Shown here: positions 7,483-13,109 of the stretch, piece after piece
Position numbering within the stretch: position 1 is the first letter of the stretch
Layout of the letters: each line of letters starts with the position of its first letter
IMG/VR virus record: IMGVR_UViG_2917849834_000005
Location: 1 to 13,109 of that record
Length of the DNA stretch: 13,109 nt
Direction: 5' to 3' (one strand)
DNA from: a virus
Taxonomy: Duplodnaviria; Heunggongvirae; Uroviricota; Caudoviricetes
The notes under the pieces: model-generated
The model's database searches: none
What the model was told of the DNA's origin: nothing
What the model saw: the letters and a program-made list of their open reading frames with translations, nothing else
Position numbers and translations under genes: made by a program

Positions 7483-9122
7483 TATGCAGCTCTCACAATA
7501 TAATTAAATGATGTATTACGTGGTCGCACTGATATCCATGCACTATTAAAACCGTCTTCTGCTGTTTTCTGCGTTCCCGTAATGGAGTTATCAGACGAAG
7601 CTGGAACATAGTTACTGCTGTCGCCAGCTTTAGAATTAGCAGGTATCCCGCTTGTTTGTACTTTATCGGCGGAAGCAAATGCTATCCCCACCTTGACAGA
7701 TGTTGCTGTATCAACCCCGTAATAATCCTGTAACGCTGTACGAATAAAAGTTGCATCCTGACTACTGAGTAGTGATCGTCCACTGTCTACACCGCGTCCA
7801 TCATCCCAGCCACGAATAAACTCACCGCGTAAATCAGGTAATTTTCCGGTGGTGTATACCTTGGCAAGCTCAGGATATTTCACCTTATCAAAGGCAGCAC
7901 CATTGCATTTCAGCCAGCCTGTCGGCGGCGTGGCTGAAGGCCACGAAACAGGTACGCCAACAGGCAATGCAGAGCCTTTCCCCAAACCAAGGTAATCAAG
8001 AACCCCCTGTGTGCTGGTCTTGCCAATAATGGCGCGTCCAACACTTGTCAGTGCGGTTAGCGCAGCACGATCTGCCCCTGAAAAATAAGGGAGTTTATCT
8101 GCTGATGTAGCAAGTCCTGCCAGCGCCGTCAGTGTGGCATCCTTCGGTTGCTTACCCGCAAGTGCGTTAGTCATGGTTGTCGCAAAATTCGGGTCGTTAC
8201 CCAGCGCCGCCGCCAGCTCGTTCAGCGTGTTCAGTGCGTCAGGTGACGAGTCTACAAGTGCGGTAATCGCGGCCATAACATAAGCCGTGCTTGCGATCTG
8301 AGTATTATTAGTACCCTTTGGCGCTGTTGGCGTTGTTGGCGTTCCGGTCAGGGTCGGGCTGTTTAATGGCGCTTTTTTGTTCACTTCATCCATTACCGTC
8401 TTAACAGCTTTTGGCGTCGCTGCCAGCGTTTCAGATGTGCTGTTTGTGGCGCTACTGAGTTGAACAAGGCCTTTTCGTGCCGTAGTCGCATCCTGAGCGG
8501 TATATTTCCCGTTAGCCAGGTCATATGCAGCCTTAACCGCTTTCGGTGTTGCGGCCAGTGTTTCAGATGTGCTGTTGGTTGCACTGCTTAACTGAGTAAA
8601 ACCTTTTGCGATCAGCGAGGCGTCCGGGTGGCGTCGTGACTGTTCGTGCTCAGAAATTTTGTCATCCACATATTTACGTGTTGCCAGTACCACAGCCGGG
8701 TCGATTTTCAGCGTGATGGCTTCGGTGTTCGTGACAACCAGAATCATGCGGATGGTCTGGGTGCGGCCACTGCCTTCCTGTAACTGCGGTTTGTACGTTT
8801 CCGGACAGTTCGCTACCGCAATGAGTACGCCTTCATCATCATAAAGCCCAATCTCACGTATCCAGAATCCGCCCTCGTTTTCAGGGATGATTTGCTCCGC
8901 AATAATCTGGCTCTGGTTGTTCGGGTCAACACTCAGAAGATTCAGCGGCGCGATGCGTTTCTGGTTAATCAGTTTTGTCTGTGCCGGGTCTGGTGTCGGC
9001 AAGACACCATTCGCATCACCAACGGCCATTTGCGTCAGATTCAGCTTACTACCGAGCATCGTCGCGTTAGCCAGCCGTGCCGCGCCCTGATTAGTCAGAA
9101 TGGCGTAGTATTTCACTGTCAT
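7482..9122 (-). CDS. H: Tail fibre protein
   Basis: 546-aa ORF. The N-terminal part (…GGFWIREIGLYDDEGVLIAVAN…SEHEQSRRHPDASL…) is recognised as P2 gpH-like. It has an internal duplicated QLSSATNSTSETLAATPKAVK motif. The C-terminal part carries a collar-type signature GWLKCNGAAFDKVKYPELAKVY…LPDLRGEFIRG. The ATG at 9122 overlaps the I stop (ATGA). Confidence 0.88.
   Translation of the reverse strand: MTVKYYAILTNQGAARLANATMLGSKLNLTQMAVGDANGVLPTPDPAQTKLINQKRIAPLNLLSVDPNNQSQIIAEQIIPENEGGFWIREIGLYDDEGVLIAVANCPETYKPQLQEGSGRTQTIRMILVVTNTEAITLKIDPAVVLATRKYVDDKISEHEQSRRHPDASLIAKGFTQLSSATNSTSETLAATPKAVKAAYDLANGKYTAQDATTARKGLVQLSSATNSTSETLAATPKAVKTVMDEVNKKAPLNSPTLTGTPTTPTAPKGTNNTQIASTAYVMAAITALVDSSPDALNTLNELAAALGNDPNFATTMTNALAGKQPKDATLTALAGLATSADKLPYFSGADRAALTALTSVGRAIIGKTSTQGVLDYLGLGKGSALPVGVPVSWPSATPPTGWLKCNGAAFDKVKYPELAKVYTTGKLPDLRGEFIRGWDDGRGVDSGRSLLSSQDATFIRTALQDYYGVDTATSVKVGIAFASADKVQTSGIPANSKAGDSSNYVPASSDNSITGTQKTAEDGFNSAWISVRPRNTSFNYIVRAA
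8400..8603 (-). repeat. Intragenic direct repeat in H: two copies of a ~72-bp unit encoding G(F/L)(T/V)QLSSATNSTSETLAATPKAVK
   Basis: Copy 1 is aa 174..197 (8532..8603), copy 2 is aa 218..241 (8400..8471). The amino-acid sequence is near-identical; the nucleotide copies differ at mostly synonymous positions. Confidence 0.85.
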
Positions 9123-9730
9123 GCGTTTACTCTCAGGTTATCAATGAAATGAATGACCGAGGCCGGGAAATAATTCCCTCCGACAATAATGGCCTCCGGG
9201 GTGTAGGGATAAATCGTCAGGGCGTCGCCGTGATAGCATCCCGCACCGGCAAAAATGTTGCCGGTTGTACTTAAGCTGATAGCCAGTCCCGTCAGATGGC
9301 GGCTCGCCGGTTTTGCATCAGCAACGAGACGCTCCAGTTCCTGATACATTTCCTCGGTAATACCCTGCTCAAGCACGCCAACAACGATACGGAACGTCCC
9401 CGGCTCCTCGTTGAGCTGCCACCACTCCCTTACCTCAATCAGATAGCCAAGCGGCTCCACCACACGGCGAATCGCACCAATAGTGCCCTTATGGCAGTGA
9501 ATGAAATACGCATCGCGGATAACAGCGCGTTTTGTCGCTTCCGGCCACTTATCATCCCAGCGGTCAACCGAAAACGCCCACGCCAGCCACGGCAACAGAT
9601 TTGCCGGGCAGGTGTCCGGGTTCCACAGCTCACGAATACTGACCGGCGTTTTTTCAATTTCCGCACAGGCTTTCGCGGCGGCGACCTCAAGCGGTGATGA
9701 GCCGGTCGGCAGCAGGCGCGAATCACTCAT
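9119..9730 (-). CDS. I: Baseplate/tail protein I
   Basis: 203-aa ORF MSDSRLLPTGSSPLEVAAAKACAEIEKTP... between J and H, overlapping J at its start (9723..9730) and H at its stop (ATGA). Assigned as P2 gpI family by position and recalled similarity. Confidence 0.85.
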   Translation of the reverse strand: MSDSRLLPTGSSPLEVAAAKACAEIEKTPVSIRELWNPDTCPANLLPWLAWAFSVDRWDDKWPEATKRAVIRDAYFIHCHKGTIGAIRRVVEPLGYLIEVREWWQLNEEPGTFRIVVGVLEQGITEEMYQELERLVADAKPASRHLTGLAISLSTTGNIFAGAGCYHGDALTIYPYTPEAIIVGGNYFPASVIHFIDNLRVNA

Positions 9731-10631
9731 CCGAGCCTCCGGTCACGACGCTGTATTCGGTACAGAAAGACGCCTGCGTATTGTTGAGCACGATGTCGGC
9801 CAGCGGTGCAGCCAGTTCGACACGCTGCACACCTTCCACATGCAAAGCGGCATAAATGGCAGACAGACGGATGTCGCGCCCCAGCCGGTGCTGTGCCGTG
9901 ATATACGCTTCCAGTTTTTTCACGGCAGCAGCGCGAATGGGTTCGCTTTCGGGACCAGGGTAAAGGTAAAGCGTGGCGTTTATCTGGTATTCAACAATGG
10001 CGGCAGACTGCACGGTCACGCGGTCGGCCACCGGCCTGACGTCCTCGCCATTAAGGGCGTTACGCACCACAGCCAGCAGGTCTTCGGATGCGACACCGTT
10101 ATTTTCACGTGACAGCACAGAGATGGTGACGCAGGCCGGAGACGGACTGGTGACAGAAATATCCGCGACACGCCCGTCAGCACTGCGACCATGATACTGA
10201 TAGGCTCCCACTGACCCGGCGACGCTTAAGCCCTCAAACGCCTGCTGAATACGCAGACGATAATCGGTGTCAGATTCCATCACTGCCGGTGTCGGCGGGA
10301 TGGTCGAATCATCTGCCGGGGTGATAGTCAGGCGCGTGGTGTTGTAATTGGCGCCAATCACATCAAGGTCATTACCGGCGGCACAGGCCAGCATTACCGC
10401 CCGTGCGGCCTCATTCACACGCTGACGCCAGATAAGCTCACGATAAGCATTTTCCTCCAGCAGTTTGACGAGAGGCTCAGATTCCAGTGTCAGGGTACGG
10501 GCGACCGCCTCCTGCTGGTCTTCCGGGTAAAGGGAAATCAGTGTCGCCTTGCGTTCGGCAAGAATGGTTTCAAAGTCCAGCTCCTCGACCACATCCGGTG
10601 CGGGTAGCTGGTTCAGGTCGATAATCGGCAT
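9723..10631 (-). CDS. J: Baseplate assembly protein J
   Basis: 302-aa ORF MPIIDLNQLPAPDVVEELDFETILAERKATLISLYPEDQQ... recognised as P2 gpJ. GTGAG lies about 10 nt upstream of the ATG at 10631. Confidence 0.9.
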   Translation of the reverse strand: MPIIDLNQLPAPDVVEELDFETILAERKATLISLYPEDQQEAVARTLTLESEPLVKLLEENAYRELIWRQRVNEAARAVMLACAAGNDLDVIGANYNTTRLTITPADDSTIPPTPAVMESDTDYRLRIQQAFEGLSVAGSVGAYQYHGRSADGRVADISVTSPSPACVTISVLSRENNGVASEDLLAVVRNALNGEDVRPVADRVTVQSAAIVEYQINATLYLYPGPESEPIRAAAVKKLEAYITAQHRLGRDIRLSAIYAALHVEGVQRVELAAPLADIVLNNTQASFCTEYSVVTGGSDE

Positions 10632-10635
10632 GGTT

Positions 10636-10983
10636 TCAACTCACAGGGATGGTTAACGAAAGTGGCTGGCCGGTGTCGTTGTGCTGGCCGGTTAACGTAA
10701 CTGTCATTCGCCCGTCAAAACTGCGCGCCGTGGTGACGGATGACAGGGTGACGCGGGGTTCCCATTTCAGCACTGCCATGTAACAGGCGACCTTAATCTG
10801 CAACTCAAGCGCCGGGGTCTGCGGCTGGTCAATCATTGACGCCAGCAACGAGCCGTAATCACGACGCATCACCCGTGAACCGACTGGCGTGCGCAGGATA
10901 TCGCCGATACTCTGGCTGATATGTTCAAGGTCAGTGGCAGTCAGGCCATCACTGCGATTCATTCCGAGATAACGCGCTGTCAT
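10636..10983 (-). CDS. W: Baseplate protein W (gp25-like)
   Basis: 115-aa ORF MTARYLGMNRSDGLTATDLEHISQSIGDILRTPVGSRVMRRDYGS... recognised as P2 gpW. The ATG at 10983 overlaps the V stop (ATGA). Confidence 0.9.
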   Translation of the reverse strand: MTARYLGMNRSDGLTATDLEHISQSIGDILRTPVGSRVMRRDYGSLLASMIDQPQTPALELQIKVACYMAVLKWEPRVTLSSVTTARSFDGRMTVTLTGQHNDTGQPLSLTIPVS

Positions 10984-11615
10984 AGAGGACTCCCGGTTGT
11001 GCCGCCGCTGTCGCCGGGGTGTTTATGGGTATGCAGTACCTTACCGTTTGATGAGAGTTCACCGCCGGTGTGTTCAATGTTGCCGCGCATCGTCCCGCCC
11101 TTCTGCACTTCCAGCGTGCCGGTGATCAGCTTGTTTGTGCAGACCACCTCCGGCGTGTCCAGAGTGACACGGGTTGATGCTTTCACCGTGACCACCGGCA
11201 CCGTGGCAGTAACAGAATCAGAAGCCGTCACGCTGGCCGTTTTAATTCCGCTTACCGTGAGTGCACTGGTTTCAGGTTCATACTCAATCACCGCCCCGTC
11301 AGGGAAACGGATATGCAGGGCATCCGCCGACGCAGACGGCGCGGGGTTATCACCGGAATAAATCCCCGGCAGAACGAACGCCGTGTCGAGTTCACCGCCC
11401 ACGGCCAGAATCAGCACCTGTTCCCCCACGGAAGGTGCCCACCATGTGCGCGAACGACCGGCGCGCTGGGTCAGCCACTTCAGCCAGTCGGTGCACATGC
11501 CGCCGGTCTGCACACGGCAGCGACCGGCGTTAAGGTCGGTTTCGACGACAAGGCCGGTGCGAATCATGTTGCGCAGTGCGCGCGCGAGTTCCTGAATATT
11601 TGCGAGAGTGTTCAT
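10980..11615 (-). CDS. V: Baseplate central spike / assembly protein V
   Basis: 211-aa ORF MNTLANIQELARALRNMIRTGLVVETDLNAGRCRVQTGG... recognised as P2 gpV. ATG at 11615; no obvious Shine-Dalgarno sequence upstream. Confidence 0.9.
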   Translation of the reverse strand: MNTLANIQELARALRNMIRTGLVVETDLNAGRCRVQTGGMCTDWLKWLTQRAGRSRTWWAPSVGEQVLILAVGGELDTAFVLPGIYSGDNPAPSASADALHIRFPDGAVIEYEPETSALTVSGIKTASVTASDSVTATVPVVTVKASTRVTLDTPEVVCTNKLITGTLEVQKGGTMRGNIEHTGGELSSNGKVLHTHKHPGDSGGTTGSPL

Positions 11616-11626
11616 AACGGGAAGGA

Positions 11627-11650
11627 TGCCGCCGGGTCATACCGGCGGCA
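11627..11650 (-). other. GC-rich hairpin (9-bp perfect stem TGCCGCCGG/CCGGCGGCA, 6-nt loop) in the S-V intergenic gap; candidate terminator/attenuator or 5'-UTR structure
   Basis: Checked base by base. On the minus strand it is followed by UCCUUCCCGUU and then the V AUG 12 nt later. The gap 11616..11681 is also where P2 organisation predicts the V-operon late promoter. Confidence 0.4.
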
Positions 11651-11681
11651 ATGTGACGATGAGGTGTCGGGAATGGCACAA

Positions 11682-12134
11682 CTAACGCTCAAGGTGAGCC
11701 AGGATAATCTCTTCAATCATCTGCACATCCTCACCGGTAAAGCCGAGCAGAGGACGCGCCGGATAATCAATTTTCTTACCGTCTTTCCGGGTTTCTTCCG
11801 ACAGACCGAACTGATGCACACTGGCGATTTTCGGTGACTTCCCGCCGTAAAATTCCATTGATGCCTGTTCCGGGCTGGCGCGGATATGCAAAAAACGACT
11901 GGTGATAAGTTTCGCAAACATTTTTCGCTTAACGCGACCGGTCTTTTTTCTGGCGCTCTGCTGCTGGCGTGGCGCGTAGGGGGTGCCGTCCGGGGCTTTC
12001 TGTGCCATCACCCGACGCTGCTGACTCTGCCGCAGACGTTTCGCCAGTTCGGCACTCAGTCGCCGACACCCTGACGGTGACAGCGACTCAATCAGTCCGG
12101 TCAGCCGGTCTTCAAAACGCTTAAACTCATTCAT
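11682..12134 (-). CDS. S: Tail completion protein S
   Basis: 150-aa ORF MNEFKRFEDRLTGLIESLSPSGCRRLSAELAKRLRQSQQRR... recognised as P2 gpS. The ATG at 12134 overlaps the R stop (12127..12129). Confidence 0.9.
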   Translation of the reverse strand: MNEFKRFEDRLTGLIESLSPSGCRRLSAELAKRLRQSQQRRVMAQKAPDGTPYAPRQQQSARKKTGRVKRKMFAKLITSRFLHIRASPEQASMEFYGGKSPKIASVHQFGLSEETRKDGKKIDYPARPLLGFTGEDVQMIEEIILAHLER

Positions 12135-12594
12135 CCCACTTGCTCACCAGTTCGCCATTGATATAAAGCTCCATCGGGCGGGTGACCGGCTCCGGCGGCG
12201 TGGGTTCCGGGATATTCTTCACATGCAGCGCGCCGTCCACCTCACTGACCAGCGTGCGCTCGGTCAGCATCAGGCTGATACTGATATCAAAGCTGCTGTC
12301 ATTGTTGATGTCTGCATAAAACGTGAAGCCCTTTTTCTGGCCTGCGTCGGTGGTCATGATGTCGGGCTGATTTTCCCGCAGCCACGCCAGCACCGGCACG
12401 ATGAGCAGGTCAAAATCACCGGTAAAGTCGGTCACAATGACATTGAGCGTGTAACGCTTTTCGAATGACAACGACGCCGCCAGTGTGGAGGCAATACTCC
12501 CGTTATCCACGAATATCCGCAGCATCTCGGGACTGGTTTTCAGCACCGTGACGGCATCAGTCAGCGCCCTGCGCAGGCTGTCGGGTTTGAGCAT
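12127..12594 (-). CDS. R: Tail completion protein R
   Basis: 155-aa ORF MLKPDSLRRALTDAVTVLKTSPEMLRIFVDNGSIASTLAASL... recognised as P2 gpR. AGGA lies 8 nt upstream of the ATG at 12594; its start lies inside the 3' end of lysC. Confidence 0.9.
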   Translation of the reverse strand: MLKPDSLRRALTDAVTVLKTSPEMLRIFVDNGSIASTLAASLSFEKRYTLNVIVTDFTGDFDLLIVPVLAWLRENQPDIMTTDAGQKKGFTFYADINNDSSFDISISLMLTERTLVSEVDGALHVKNIPEPTPPEPVTRPMELYINGELVSKWDE

Positions 12595-12847
12595 CGTTTT
12601 CGTCCTGACAGTGTTTAATCATTTTTACCTGGCTGGCACAGCGTGCCAGCGCGTTCTCAAGCTGCCGGATATCGGCACTTAAATCACCGTTCGTCTCCGG
12701 GTCACTGCCCGGCATCGGGCAAAGGCTCACTTTCGGGCAGGCGTTGTGGACAATCACTGGCGTCGGTGCAGGCCGGGCGCTGGTGCAACCGGCGCACAGC
12801 ATCAGGCAGGCCAGCGCCGTACCAGCGGCGAAAATCTTCGTTTTCAT
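12557..12847 (-). CDS. lysC: LysC, Rz1-like outer-membrane lipoprotein spanin subunit (starts out of frame inside lysB)
   Basis: 96-codon ORF from ATG at 12847..12845 (GAGG upstream) to TGA at 12559..12557. Translation MKTKIFAAGTALACLMLCAGCTSARPAPTPVIV... shows a short hydrophobic leader with Cys residues in lipobox-like context followed by a Pro-rich segment. The track ORF (12557..12964) is the same frame extended upstream. Confidence 0.8.
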   Translation of the reverse strand: MKTKIFAAGTALACLMLCAGCTSARPAPTPVIVHNACPKVSLCPMPGSDPETNGDLSADIRQLENALARCASQVKMIKHCQDENDAQTRQPAQGAD

Positions 12848-13109
12848 TGAGTAACCTCGTAATGGTTTTCTCGCGCTGTGCTTCACGCTTCGCGGCGTTC
12901 TCCAGCTCCTGACGCAGTGCAACCTGCGCCAGCTCGTTTTTGTCTGCCCTGGTGAGCGCAACATGAAGCTGGTTTTTCAGCATGGTGATGGTCGTCTGCT
13001 GCCCGCTGGCGACATTGTTTGCCCTGTCCAGTGAGGTGCGCAGGCTGGCGTTTTTATGCTTCGCCAGAAACAGACCCGCCACCGCCAGCGATAACAACAC
13101 AACCATCAC
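12702..13109 (-). CDS. lysB: LysB, Rz-like inner-membrane spanin subunit (5' end at or beyond the window edge)
   Basis: ORF runs to the window edge. Translation …VVLLSLAVAGLFLAKHKNASLRTSLDRANNVASGQQTTITMLKNQLHVAL… shows an N-terminal transmembrane helix then a coiled-coil-like region, recognised as P2 LysB. The first in-window codon is GTG, so the true start may lie a few codons outside. Confidence 0.8.
   Translation of the reverse strand: MMVVLLSLAVAGLFLAKHKNASLRTSLDRANNVASGQQTTITMLKNQLHVALTRADKNELAQVALRQELENAAKREAQREKTITRLLNENEDFRRWYGAGLPDAVRRLHQRPACTDASDCPQRLPESEPLPDAGQ

Noticed and set aside
6859-7678. ORFs overlapping G and the H/G junction (6859..7158 plus, 7493..7678 minus)
   Set aside because: Both sit inside called genes (G and the 3' end of H) in other frames or on the other strand, with no start signals.
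8393-8584. 63-aa minus-strand ORF in an alternative frame of H with internally repeated PTAHLKHWPQ/QTAHLKRWQ
   Set aside because: It is a by-product of the DNA-level duplication inside H read in the wrong frame; fully embedded in the tail fibre gene.
8659-10194. Plus-strand and alternative-frame ORFs across H, I and J (8659..8844, 8887..9090, 8892..9152, 9296..9697, 9439..9726, 9501..10112, 9973..10194)
   Set aside because: All are embedded in the H-I-J block, whose genes are supported by overlapping start/stop coupling and recognisable baseplate proteins. The antisense translations are Arg/Ser/His-rich with no start signals.
10921-12074. Plus-strand and alternative-frame ORFs within V and S (10921..11361, 11261..11533, 11313..11837, 11383..11595, 11717..11917, 11886..12074)
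   Set aside because: They overlap the V and S coding sequences. Arg/Pro-rich translations are typical of GC-rich antisense frames. The 174-aa ORF 11313..11837 crosses the S-V hairpin and has no ribosome-binding site.
12223-12912. Plus-strand ORFs antisense to R, lysC and lysB (12223..12468, 12485..12682, 12643..12912)
   Set aside because: Embedded in the R/lysC/lysB overlap region on the opposite strand, with no independent support.
1-13109. Looked for CRISPR arrays, tRNA/tmRNA genes, insertion-sequence ends, integrase or transposase genes, and toxin-antitoxin or defence cassettes
   Set aside because: No regularly spaced direct repeats, no cloverleaf-like tRNA candidates noticed, and no ORF outside the 18 recognised phage late genes with a credible start. 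Coding density is essentially saturated by the tail module.

Overview
The whole 13.1-kb window reads as one colinear block of late genes from a P2-family temperate myovirus (phage or prophage), all on the minus strand. In transcription order (right to left in window coordinates): lysB (Rz-like spanin, start at or beyond the right edge), lysC (Rz1-like, out of frame inside lysB), R, S (tail completion), V (spike), W, J, I (baseplate), H (tail fibre), G (fibre assembly), FI (sheath), FII (tube), E and frameshifted E+E' (tape-measure chaperones), T (tape measure), U, D, and ogr (late-gene activator). Calls rest on ORF structure, start/stop and ribosome-binding context read directly from the sequence, and my recognition of the translated proteins as P2 homologues. 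No search or alignment was run, so identities are recalled, not computed. Most neighbouring genes overlap stop-to-start (ATGA / TAATG), consistent with translational coupling. I find no tRNA, rRNA, CRISPR array, integrase, transposase or inserted cargo/defence module. The only non-coding DNA is four short intergenic gaps carrying hairpins and promoter-like sequence. The tail-fibre pair H/G looks like the most variable element. My honest reading is that this is an ordinary, well-understood phage tail module rather than a novel system; the findings are second-look items, not claims of novelty.
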